From a virus: a stretch of 64,000 nucleotides of DNA. A model generated the notes under the pieces. It saw nothing but the letters and a program-made list of their open reading frames with translations, had not been told where the DNA came from and ran no database searches. Position 1 is the first letter of the stretch. Every line of letters begins with the position of its first letter. Made by a program: the position numbers and the translations under genes. Shown piece after piece: positions 33,847 to 43,287 of the stretch. Where the stretch lies: the IMG/VR virus record IMGVR_UViG_3300045988_075249, positions 1 to 64,000 of that record; one strand, 5' to 3'.

Positions 33847-34353
33847 ATGACTATTGAAGTAAAAGTTATGGTCGGTATCCCCGGTAGTGGGAAATCTACT
33901 TGGGCGCATAAAGAAGCTGAGTTGCTTGAAATGGATGGTTTTCATACTGCTATTATCTCCCGTGACGAGATAAGAAAATCTTTCGTTGGTGATGGAAGTT
34001 ACTTCGGAAAAGAGAATGATGTATTCGAAGAATTTGTCCGTCAGATTAACGAATGTCTCGAAATCGGAATTGATTACGTCTTTGTTGACGCAACTCATAT
34101 TTCCCAAGGATCAAGAGCAAAGCTATTGGGTAGACTGCGGCCGGACGGAAAAACAAGACTTGTCTTCGAAGTTTGCGATTGCGGGATTGATACCTGTATC
34201 GCTCGCAATAGCTTGAGAGAAGGATTTTCTCAAGTCCCAGAGTCCGCAATTAGGAAGATGGCTAGAAACTATAGATCTCCCACTCCCGCAGAATTTAAAC
34301 TTTATAAGTACGGATTTAAAGAAGTAAGAATTAATCATCATGGAATGGAGTGA
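33847..34353 (+). CDS. P-loop polynucleotide-kinase-like protein (GIPGSGKST)
   Basis: Walker A at the N-terminus. Its position directly before a phosphoesterase parallels Pnkp-type 5'-kinase / 3'-phosphatase end-healing enzymes. Confidence 0.5.
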   Translation: MTIEVKVMVGIPGSGKSTWAHKEAELLEMDGFHTAIISRDEIRKSFVGDGSYFGKENDVFEEFVRQINECLEIGIDYVFVDATHISQGSRAKLLGRLRPDGKTRLVFEVCDCGIDTCIARNSLREGFSQVPESAIRKMARNYRSPTPAEFKLYKYGFKEVRINHHGME

Positions 34354-34359
34354 TAAAAC

Positions 34360-34923
34360 ATGATTTTTCTAACTTCAGATTGGCACTTTAATCATTCGAA
34401 AGAGTTTATCTATAAACCTCGCGGATTTGATTCTGCTGAGGAAATGAATAGTGCTCTTGTTGAACGGCACAACTCTCTTGTAACCTCAGAAGATGATGTA
34501 TATATTCTTGGAGATTTATGTTTAGGTGGGGCAGAAAGCCTTGAGAAAAGCAGAGAACTTATTAGTTCTATGAATGGAAAACTTCATGTGGTTTTTGGAA
34601 ATCATGATACACCTAAACGTCGGCAAATGTATGCAGAGTTGCCGAATGTAGTTGAAACTGCATGGGCGCTTAGTCTTAACTACAAAAAATATCATTTCTA
34701 TATGTCTCATTTTCCAACTTTAACTGGAAATCTTGAAAAAGAGAGTCTCCATGAAATGATGCTTAATCTCTACGGTCATACGCATCAAAAATCTGATTTT
34801 TATGAGGATAGACCCTATATGTATCATGTAGGAGTTGATTCACATAGCTGTTATCCAGTTTCTCTTGATGCAGTTATTGATGAAATGAAACTAAAGGTAA
34901 AGGAGTGCGTTGATATGCTATGA
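34360..34923 (+). CDS. calcineurin-like phosphoesterase (SDWHFNH, GDL, GNHD, GHTH)
   Basis: Motifs are seen; 187 aa. Confidence 0.65.
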   Translation: MIFLTSDWHFNHSKEFIYKPRGFDSAEEMNSALVERHNSLVTSEDDVYILGDLCLGGAESLEKSRELISSMNGKLHVVFGNHDTPKRRQMYAELPNVVETAWALSLNYKKYHFYMSHFPTLTGNLEKESLHEMMLNLYGHTHQKSDFYEDRPYMYHVGVDSHSCYPVSLDAVIDEMKLKVKECVDML

Positions 34924-35060
34924 ATCCTATTTTCTGGATTTTAGTTGTATTAGCTCTTGTTGCTCTATGGTTTTTGTTAAATTTTACATTTAGAAAGATT
35001 GGAAAATTCTTCATTAAAGTTTATTATAAAAACCAAGAAGAACTTAGGAATTATAAATAA
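34920..35060 (+). CDS. small single-TM membrane protein (46 aa), possible partner of the SPFH protein
   Basis: The ATG overlaps the upstream TGA; hydrophobic stretch IFWILVVLALVALWFLL. Confidence 0.35.
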   Translation: MNPIFWILVVLALVALWFLLNFTFRKIGKFFIKVYYKNQEELRNYK

Positions 35061-35063
35061 TTT

Positions 35064-35960
35064 ATGAAAAAGAGTGGAATTATCGGCGGTATTGTAATTG
35101 CTCTGGTTTTGATTTTTGGTCTAATCACCGCGATTACTTGTCTTGAGCGAGTGCCTACTGGTTATGTTAGTGTTGTATATAATATGAGCGGTGGTGTCGA
35201 CGGAGAGGTTCTTACCCAAGGATGGCATCTGGTCTCTCCCACCAAGAAGGTAACTACCTATTCTATCGGTCTTGAGCAGTCTTATTTGACTTCTGAAGAT
35301 AAGGGCGATTCTCCTAATGACGAGAGTTTTAACGTACCTACTAGCGATGGCAAAACCGTAAAGGTAAACCTTGAGTTCTCTTACCGATTTGATGAAGATC
35401 GTGTTGCAGAAACCTTTACTCTATTCAAGGGTAAGGATGGCGAAACCATTAAGGATACCTTCATTAAGCCTAAGATTGTAGCATGGACTCAGGAAGTTAC
35501 AGCTAACTATCCTGTAACTGATATTTTTGGCGACCAGCGTACTGCAATCAATGCTGAACTTGACGTTTATCTGCGTGAAAAGTTTGACCAGTATGGTATC
35601 ATTATTGATACTGTAAACTTTACTGATATTTCTGTTGATGCTGAAACCGCAGAGGCTATCCAGAAGAAGGTAAATGCTCAGCAGGAGCTTGAGCTTGCCA
35701 ATATTGAGGCACAGACTGCAAAGGTTCAGGCTGAGAAGGAAAAGGAAGTCGCTGAGATTCAGGCCGAGCAGGCGCTAATTCAGGCTCAAGCGCAGGCCGA
35801 TGCTCTTGAAATTGCGGCGCAGGCCGAAGCTGAGGCAAATGCAAAGATTGCCGCTTCTCTTACTCCTGAGCTGATTGAGAAGATTAAGTATGAACAGTGG
35901 AATGGTCAGATGCCTTCTACTATGGCCGGAACTGATTCTTCTATTTTGATTACTCCCTAA
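35064..35960 (+). CDS. SPFH/Band-7 (prohibitin/HflKC-like) membrane protein with an Ala/Glu-rich coiled-coil tail
   Basis: N-terminal TM, SPFH core (VSVVYNMSGG...GWHLVSP...IDTVNFTDI), EA-repeat C-terminus. Confidence 0.7.
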   Translation: MKKSGIIGGIVIALVLIFGLITAITCLERVPTGYVSVVYNMSGGVDGEVLTQGWHLVSPTKKVTTYSIGLEQSYLTSEDKGDSPNDESFNVPTSDGKTVKVNLEFSYRFDEDRVAETFTLFKGKDGETIKDTFIKPKIVAWTQEVTANYPVTDIFGDQRTAINAELDVYLREKFDQYGIIIDTVNFTDISVDAETAEAIQKKVNAQQELELANIEAQTAKVQAEKEKEVAEIQAEQALIQAQAQADALEIAAQAEAEANAKIAASLTPELIEKIKYEQWNGQMPSTMAGTDSSILITP

Positions 35961-35966
35961 CTTTAA

Positions 35967-36000
35967 CCCTCCAGATTCTTAATCTGGAGGGTTTCTTTTT
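35967..36000 (+). terminator. rho-independent terminator (ccctccagatt...aatctggaggg plus T-run)
   Basis: Seen in the sequence. Confidence 0.7.
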
Positions 36001-36007
36001 ATGGCTA

Positions 36008-36066
36008 GCCTCGTCCTGCTCCGAGTTTCCGATCGCGCAGGCTCATCAAATTTTTCTTTCAAAATA
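36008..36066 (+). repeat. ~60-bp intergenic repeat, copy 2 (see 12776-12838)
   Basis: Near-identical to copy 1. Confidence 0.55.
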
Positions 36067-36141
36067 CTACAAATATTGATTTTTCTATAAATAAATAGTA
36101 TAATTTTAATATAAAAGATTTAAAAGATTAGGGGATATTTA

Positions 36142-36552
36142 ATGAGTGTAGTAAAAGCTATATATAATGCTCCAATAGTTTATGAGCTTGTAGAACCATT
36201 TGTAGGATGTACTATAATAAATATATCATATAATGGAATTATCTTTGGCGGTCGTGCCCAACTATCAGAAAAAGATAGAGGTTTTTTTGCTAGAGGTGTA
36301 GGTAAAACTATTGCAATATCAAAAGCAAGAATTGCTATATTAAAATATGAATTAAAGTCTGCTAAAACAGAGTTAAAACATAGAAATAACCTGTATCAAG
36401 AGGTAACAAAGTATGGGAAGTTATCTCCTGCGGAAGTTGACCCTACTGGAAATCTTTATCAAGCTATAATGCGTATTGAAAAAAGAATTGACGCGCTTTC
36501 CGCAGCCCTGAAGAAAGAGAAAAAAGATTTAAAAGCCTATTTAAGAAATTAG
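36142..36552 (+). CDS. hypothetical protein (136 aa)
   Basis: Supplied ORF. Confidence 0.5.
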   Translation: MSVVKAIYNAPIVYELVEPFVGCTIINISYNGIIFGGRAQLSEKDRGFFARGVGKTIAISKARIAILKYELKSAKTELKHRNNLYQEVTKYGKLSPAEVDPTGNLYQAIMRIEKRIDALSAALKKEKKDLKAYLRN

Positions 36553-36648
36553 GATAAGGCTTTAAATATTGTTAGACGGCTCCGAAAGGACAATAATAAT
36601 TAAACTTCCTTCTTCTTTTGTTATATATAGAGAAGAAGGTGGTATAAC

Positions 36649-36882
36649 TTGTTTTATTTATTAATTGGATTTCTTATTGGCATATTAGGAGTGCCGGTCT
36701 TAGACAGATTAGTTGACCTTATATCTACTATTATTGAACTTTTAAAGGCGAAAATTAGCGTGAAAATAGTAGAATGTAACGTAAAAATCAATGAATTAAA
36801 AGATGGTACGCAGAATACTCATACTAGAGTAATAGGTTTTACCACTACACCAAACAAAGAAAAGGAAGAAGATTATGAGTAA
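36649..36882 (+). CDS. small membrane protein (77 aa), TTG start
   Basis: Supplied ORF; a hairpin ccttcttct...agaagaagg lies immediately upstream. Confidence 0.4.
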   Translation: MFYLLIGFLIGILGVPVLDRLVDLISTIIELLKAKISVKIVECNVKINELKDGTQNTHTRVIGFTTTPNKEKEEDYE

Positions 36883-38131
36883 TGAAATTCGATTCTATGA
36901 TACTTGTTCTTTGTTAAATGCTGGAGAAAGCGTATTTGATAAAGAAGAAAAGTTTGTAGTTTCATCAATCACTTTTAAAGAGCTTGAAAGAATTAAAACT
37001 GCTAGCAATAAAGATCTGGATGTAAAGTATTCTGCTCGTTTGTTATTGCATCTGTTTGAAGAACATCCCGATATGTATGATGTTGTTGTCCATAGATTAG
37101 AGTACGAAGAAGCAATTAAAGAGCAATCTCTTGACATAACAGATGATACAAGAATATTATCAGACGCTTTTTGGTACAATAATAAAGTTAGAGTAGACGA
37201 AACAGTCTTTGTAACAAATGATTTAAGCCTAAAAACAATAGCAAATTTATTCTTTGGTTCCGGAGAAATAGAAAGCGTTGAATCAGATAATGATGATTAT
37301 AGTGGCTATGTAGAAATAAAAGCAGATGATAGTTCATTGGCATCTTTTTATCAAGATCCGAGTTTCAACCATTACAATCTTCATATTGGAGAATATTTAA
37401 TTATTCGAGACCTTGATGGGAAAATTGTTGATATAAGGGTCTGGACAGGAGAAAATCATAGATACCTTAATTATAACAACTTTGATTCTATTTGGTTTGG
37501 TAATATTACACCATATAAAGAGGATGTTTATCAAAAACTTTTATTTGATAGTTTAAGTAATAATAGAATTACTTTGATAAAAGGCCCCGCTGGTTCTGGT
37601 AAAACAATTATTAGTCTAGCTTATTTAATGTCTAAACTAGATAGAGGAGATTTGGACAGAATTGTCGTATTCTGTAATACAGTAGCAACAGCAAATAGTG
37701 CTAAATTAGGTTATTTACCCGGAACCCGCAATGAAAAGTTACTCGATTCCCAAATTGGAAATCTATTGATTTCTAAATTTGGCGGTAGAGATGGGGTAGA
37801 ACAACTTATTGAGACAGATAAGTTAGTCCTTCTACCCATGAGTGATATTAGAGGTTATGACACATCTGGAATGAAGGCTGGTATCTATATCTCTGAAGCA
37901 CAAAATCTTGATAGAACACTAATTAAACTCGCTCTCCAAAGAGTTGGCGAAGATTGTGTTTGCATTATAGACGGCGATGCTAAAACTCAAGTTGATGATA
38001 TTCATTTTGCAGGAAGTAACAATGGAATGAAACGTGTTTCTAAAGTTTATAGAGGTCATGATATTTACGGAGAAGTTGAACTTCGTAACATTTATAGATC
38101 TAGAATCGCGCAAATAGCTGAATATATTTGA
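36875..38131 (+). CDS. PIN-domain + PhoH-like ATPase (YlaK-like)
   Basis: N-terminal PIN-like fold (FYDTCSLL...D); Walker A GPAGSGKT; PhoH-type C-terminus. Confidence 0.65.
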   Translation: MSNEIRFYDTCSLLNAGESVFDKEEKFVVSSITFKELERIKTASNKDLDVKYSARLLLHLFEEHPDMYDVVVHRLEYEEAIKEQSLDITDDTRILSDAFWYNNKVRVDETVFVTNDLSLKTIANLFFGSGEIESVESDNDDYSGYVEIKADDSSLASFYQDPSFNHYNLHIGEYLIIRDLDGKIVDIRVWTGENHRYLNYNNFDSIWFGNITPYKEDVYQKLLFDSLSNNRITLIKGPAGSGKTIISLAYLMSKLDRGDLDRIVVFCNTVATANSAKLGYLPGTRNEKLLDSQIGNLLISKFGGRDGVEQLIETDKLVLLPMSDIRGYDTSGMKAGIYISEAQNLDRTLIKLALQRVGEDCVCIIDGDAKTQVDDIHFAGSNNGMKRVSKVYRGHDIYGEVELRNIYRSRIAQIAEYI

Positions 38132-38134
38132 TTT

Positions 38135-38168
38135 AAACCCAATCTCTTTAGAGATTGGGTTTTATTAT
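38135..38168 (+). terminator. rho-independent terminator (aaacccaatctc...gagattgggttt plus T-run)
   Basis: Seen in the sequence. Confidence 0.7.
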
Positions 38169-38184
38169 TGAAAGGAGATAAAGT

Positions 38185-39039
38185 ATGGGATATAGTATCA
38201 AAAAACATAGTCTCTATTCTTATGTTCAAATTGTAACAATTCCCTTCACAGACATTGAAAAAATTGACTTTGCCTTATGCAATCAACCGACGGAAACTCC
38301 AGATGCTTATTATAAAAGACAGGCTACTAAACCAGATATTATTACTAATGGAGGTTTCTTTGCCATGAATAATGGCAACACTTGCTTTAGTTATAAAGAC
38401 GAAGGAACTGTTATTTAGTCTGATTTTCGTCATGGAGTTGCAATTAGCGGCAATAAAACACTTATATATACAACATTAAAAGATTATGAAACCGCTAGAG
38501 ATTTTATCGCAGCTTATCCTGCATTAATTGTAGATAGCAAAAAAGTAGTTATAACAGATGGAAAAGAATTAGATTATAAAGCCCGCAGGACTTGTATTGG
38601 ATGGAATAAAAATAATTATTATATTGTAACCGTAGATTCTCCAGGTCTTGTTTATGCTGCCCTATAGCAAATTTTTCTTGAATTGAAAGTAGAATATGCT
38701 ATTAATTTAGATGGAGGCGGATCTACTAGATTACTAATAGATGGGAAAAGAAAAACTTCTCAAATTTATGCAAGACCAGTTGATAATGTAATGTGTGTAT
38801 ATTTTAAGAAAGAACAAGAGGTAGTTCTTTACAGAGTTCAAGTAGGAGCATTTCTATCTAAAACCAATGCAGAGAATATGTTAAAGGAATTGGAAGAGAA
38901 AGGATTTAGCGGGTATGTCAAGAAAGTAGGAATTTTTTATAAAGTTCAATTAGGTGCTTTCTCTGTGAAATTAAATGCAGAAAGACTAAAAGATAAATTA
39001 AAATCTGCTGGATATAGCTCTTTCATTACAAAAAAATAA
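38185..39039 (+). CDS. phosphodiester-glycosidase-like domain (NLDGGGS) protein with two C-terminal SPOR peptidoglycan-binding repeats; 2 in-frame TAG
   Basis: Supplied ORFs 38185-38418 and 38683-39039 are in one frame. SPOR-like repeats YRVQVGAF... and YKVQLGAF... Confidence 0.55.
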
Positions 39040-39041
39040 AA

Positions 39042-40448
39042 ATGACTAATGCTCAAATTATTTGGAAATACTTTAAAGGCAAAGGTTTTAGTGATTGCGG
39101 AATTGCCGGTTTAATGGGTAATCTTTATGCCGAAAGTGGTCTTAATTCTATTAACTTATAGAACACCTATGAAAAAAAATTAAAAATGACCGACGCAGGA
39201 TATACCTCCGCAGTTGATGATGGAAGGTATAAAAACTTTGTAAAAGATGGGGCGGGATATGGATTGGCTCAATGGACATTTTGGAGCAGAAAACAAAATT
39301 TGCTTTAGTTCTGTCAAAGTCGAGGTAAATCCATTGGAGATTTAAATACTCAATTAGATTTTTTATATTAGGAGTTAATTACAAGTTTTTCTAGTTTAGT
39401 TAAAATTTTGATTTCTGCCACTTCTGTCACAGAAGCCTCTACCGCAGTATTACTCTAGTTTGAAAGACCTTCAGACTAGAGTTTTTCTATGCAACAAAAG
39501 AGAACAAGTTATGGTCAATAGTATTATAATAAATTTGCTAACATTTCAAATATAGTTGAAGGAGGTAATAAAATGAAATATAGTGATAGCAATAAACCAC
39601 TTCAATGCATGATGACTAATAGCACTTGCTATAAATAGACACGCACTATGCAAGTTAAAGGAATTTTATGGCATAGTACAGGCGCGAATAATCCTAATTT
39701 AAAAAGATATGTTCAACCTAGCGATAATGATCCCAATTATAATACTTTAATAAGTAAAATAGGAAAGAATACAAGTAAAAATGACTGGAATCATGTATCT
39801 ATTCAAGCTGGGCTAAATTGCTGGATTGGCAAGCTAGCAGATGGAACAGTAACAACAGTATAGACAATGCCATGGAATTATCGTCCTTGGGGATGTGGTT
39901 CTGGAACTAAAGGCTCTTGCAATAATGGATGGATTCAATTTGAAATTTGCGAAGATGGATTAAATGATGCAGCCTATTTTAATAAGATTTATGAAGAGGC
40001 TTGTTAGATTACTGCTTACCTATGCAAGATGTATAATATAAATCCATTAGGAACAACTACCTTGAACGGTATTACCGTCCCAACTATTTTATGTCATGCT
40101 GATAGCCATAAGTTAGGATTAGGCTCTAATCATGCAGATGTAAACCACTGGTTTCCAAAATTTGGAAAAAGCATGGAAACAGCAAGAACAGATGTTTACA
40201 ATTTAATGTCAAATGTTTAGGAGGATGATGAAGATATGACTGATGAAAAATTCGCTGAATTTATGAATACTTGGCTAACCAATAAAGCTAATGAAAAAGA
40301 GACATGGGGTTCCGATAATCTCGAATGGGCTAAGACAAATGGAATTATGGCCGGCGACAGCGCTGGAAGAATGATGCCAAACAAATTCTGTACTAGATTA
40401 GAAACAGTAACTATGATTAGAAGATTGGCGGAAAAGCTAGGACTTTAA
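39042..40448 (+). CDS. endolysin: N-terminal phage-lysozyme-like domain + Amidase_2 (PGRP-type) domain + C-terminal SLH domain; 10 in-frame TAG
   Basis: GIAGLMGNLYAESG...GYGLAQWTFW (lysozyme-like), ILWHSTG...HADSH (amidase) and a C-terminal SLH-like stretch TWGSDNLEWAKTNGIMAGDSAGRMMPNKFCTRLETVTMIRRL. All supplied ORF fragments are in frame 0. Confidence 0.6.
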
Positions 40449-40449
40449 G

Positions 40450-40791
40450 ATGAAAAAGATAGAATTTTCTAAGAAGCTCATAAATGATATTCGCTTGCTA
40501 TTGTGGATTATAACCATATCAGGAATACTTTTAGCATTTATGTGCGTCTATATGGGTTATTTGGGGACTTTGCCATGGATTAGTGCTCTTATAGGTTTAC
40601 CATGGAGTGCTCATGGTATAGTTTGCTCCTTCTATCTAACGATGGCTAAATCAGATCATAAAAAGGGTGGAATAACCTACGATTTAGCTTTAAAAGAAAT
40701 TGAATCTAATTCCGCATCTATATATACTGTTTAGACAGAAGATTTTTCGGCATCTAATGATATTCCTATTGATCTCGATGGCCCTATTTAA
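40450..40791 (+). CDS. holin-like membrane protein (113 aa); 1 in-frame TAG
   Basis: Two or three TM helices; directly downstream of the endolysin. Confidence 0.5.
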
Positions 40792-40795
40792 TATA

Positions 40796-40835
40796 AAGGC
40801 TTAATGGGTATTTATCCCATTAAGCCTTTATTTGT
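40796..40835 (+). terminator. rho-independent terminator (aaggcttaatggg...cccattaagcctt plus T-run)
   Basis: Seen in the sequence. Confidence 0.7.
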
Positions 40836-40917
40836 TTGTAGCTTGATTTTTCTTAAAATATATGATATTATATATTCAGAAAATGAAAAGAATTAAAATA
40901 AAGGAGATTTATGTCTT

Positions 40918-41380
40918 ATGACTATATATACCGATGGTTCTTGCCTAGGTAATCCTGGGCCAGGAGGTTTTGGAGTTATTGTAGTTGATAATGATGTCGT
41001 TATAGACGCTTACTCAGAGCGTGAACCACAAACTACAAACAATAGAGAGGAAATGAAAGCTATTATATATGCGCTAGAACACTATGGCGCAAAAAGAGGG
41101 AGATTTCTTTGTCCCAATAGTCTATAGCGATTCTTCTTATTGTGTAAATAGTTTCAATTCATGGATAAATAGCTGGAAAGCAAATGGATGGGTACGCGCA
41201 GGCGGAAAGAAACTTGAAAATCTTGATTTAATTAAAATTTATGATATGCTAAGACAAGATTACAAGATTGATCTAAGAAAAATTAAAGGTCATGATGGTG
41301 AGCTTTATAATGAACTAGCCGACGCGTTAGCCACTGAAAGAATGACTAAAGAAGAAATTTTAAGAGAGTATGGTGAATAA
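40918..41380 (+). CDS. RNase H (RNase HI family) interrupted by a +1 frame junction at an A5 run (41091-41095)
   Basis: Frame 1 reads [17 protein letters not shown]...[10 protein letters not shown]; frame 2 reads ...[29 protein letters not shown]...[16 protein letters not shown]. Together these are the full RNase HI motif set. Confidence 0.55.
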
Positions 41381-43270
41381 ATGGCTGGAAAATTATATGA
41401 TGAAAAAAGTATTGAATCTCTTTCTCCTCTTGAATTTACTCGTTTAAGACCCGGAGTTTATTGCGGAGACACATCTACTTCCACGCAGTTAGTTGTAGAG
41501 ATTGTCTCTAATGCTGTTGATGAATTTAGATTAGGTCATGGAAATTTAATCACAGTAGAAATCCATGGAGCAAGAGTCACAGTTGGTGATCAGGGACAAG
41601 GATTCATTCCAAATTCTTTTAGAGAAGATGGAAAGACAATTCTTGAAGCTGCTTTTAGTGTTTTAAACACAAGCGGAAAATATAGAGAAGATGGAACTTA
41701 TGAAGGTACTTCTTTAGGTAGCTTTGGTATCGGTAGTAAACTCGCTACTTATCTCAGTCACGAATTAATTGTTACAACATATAGAGATGGACAGGGAGAG
41801 CGAATCACTTTTAATGAGGGAGTTTTCGCAGATAGAGATTCTACTGAGGTTGATAAAAATATTCATGGAACTTCTGTATTCTGGAGAGCAAGCGAGGAGT
41901 TTTTCACTGATCCTCGTCCAGATGTAAAGGCTCTAACTGAACTGTTTAAAACTATTGTATGTCTCTGTCCGGGTTTAACTATCAAGCTCGATAACAACGG
42001 AGAAAAAACAGAATTCTTCTCAAAGAATGGTCTAATGGATTTACTAGACGAGGCCGTTAAAGGAAAAGAGATCTTAAAGAATCGTCTATCAATTAATTTT
42101 TCCGAAGCTAAAAATAAGTTGGATTTAGCTCTAACTTATACAAATAATTATTCTTCTACCATTGTTCCTTATGTTAATACTGGTTTAACAGAAGCAGGTC
42201 CACATATTACGCAAATTAAAACCCTTTTAACAAGAGAAATGAATAAGTTTTTCCGTGAAAAAGGGTGGCTAAAAGAAAAAGACGATAATCTTACCGGCGA
42301 AGACTGTCAAGAGGGAATGTATCTCGTCTTTAATATTACCGCTCCCAATGTGGCCTATGACGCGCAGGTTAAGTCAAGAATCACAAAACTTGATATGAAA
42401 CCATTTACTCAAGCAATAGCAGAGGAATTGCAATATTGGTTTGCAGCAAACGAAAAAGATATAAAAGGAATCGCGGACAAGGCGCTTAATGCGCGTAAAG
42501 CTAGAGAAGCAGCCAGAAAAGCTAGAGAAGCAGCCAGAGGATTAAAGCCTAAAAAAGAAAATGGACTAAAGGCAAAAATGCAAATTAGTAATAAATTTAT
42601 TGATTGCATAAACAAAAATCCCAAAGAGCGAAATCTACTTCTCGTAGAGGGTTTGTCTGCTGGCGCTTCTGCCGTGGAAGCCCGCAATCCAAAAACAGAC
42701 TGTATTTATATGTTAAGAGGTAAAATTATTTCTCCCTTAAAAACTGCCATAGAGAAGATTTTATCTAACCAAGAAATGTCTGATATAGTTAGAGTTATAG
42801 GCGGCGGAGTTGGAACTTCTTTTGATGTATCAAAGATAAATTTTGATAAAGTAGTTATTACTGCTGATGCTGATAGCGATGGGGCAGATATTGAGCTAAT
42901 GCTTATTACATTCTTCTTTACTTATATGCGTCCATTGGTAGAGGCGGGTAAGCTATATCGAGCTGTAACTCCCCTATATATTGTTCGCCAAAGAGGAAAC
43001 GAATATTACTGTTACTCTGACGATGAGCTAGAAGAGTGGAAAAAAAGTCATAGTGGCTCTTATGATATTTTAAGAGCAAAGGGACTCGGAGAATTAAATC
43101 CAGAAGATTTGCAGAAAGTTTGCTTCATGAATGAAAGATATAAAAGAATCACTATCTCTGATGCAGAAGAGGCTACAAAGCTATTAAATGTCCTTATGGG
43201 TAGTGCAGTTGAACCTAGAAAGCAATATATTTATGACAATGCCAATGAGCTTGGATTTAATTTTGATTAA
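41381..43270 (+). CDS. type II DNA topoisomerase ATPase/TOPRIM subunit (GyrB / T4 gp39-like)
   Basis: GHKL ATPase N-terminus and TOPRIM (EGLSAGASA, D-x-D GADIE); contains a tandem KAREAAR repeat; TAG-free. Confidence 0.7.
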   Translation: MAGKLYDEKSIESLSPLEFTRLRPGVYCGDTSTSTQLVVEIVSNAVDEFRLGHGNLITVEIHGARVTVGDQGQGFIPNSFREDGKTILEAAFSVLNTSGKYREDGTYEGTSLGSFGIGSKLATYLSHELIVTTYRDGQGERITFNEGVFADRDSTEVDKNIHGTSVFWRASEEFFTDPRPDVKALTELFKTIVCLCPGLTIKLDNNGEKTEFFSKNGLMDLLDEAVKGKEILKNRLSINFSEAKNKLDLALTYTNNYSSTIVPYVNTGLTEAGPHITQIKTLLTREMNKFFREKGWLKEKDDNLTGEDCQEGMYLVFNITAPNVAYDAQVKSRITKLDMKPFTQAIAEELQYWFAANEKDIKGIADKALNARKAREAARKAREAARGLKPKKENGLKAKMQISNKFIDCINKNPKERNLLLVEGLSAGASAVEARNPKTDCIYMLRGKIISPLKTAIEKILSNQEMSDIVRVIGGGVGTSFDVSKINFDKVVITADADSDGADIELMLITFFFTYMRPLVEAGKLYRAVTPLYIVRQRGNEYYCYSDDELEEWKKSHSGSYDILRAKGLGELNPEDLQKVCFMNERYKRITISDAEEATKLLNVLMGSAVEPRKQYIYDNANELGFNFD

Positions 43271-43287
43271 ATGATGGTGGTGGAATA

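Noticed and set aside
42481-42540. 21-bp tandem repeat (aaagctagagaagcagccaga x2) in the topoisomerase gene
   Set aside because: It is in frame and encodes a KAREAAR duplication in a linker. It is a minor coding repeat, not a regulatory array.
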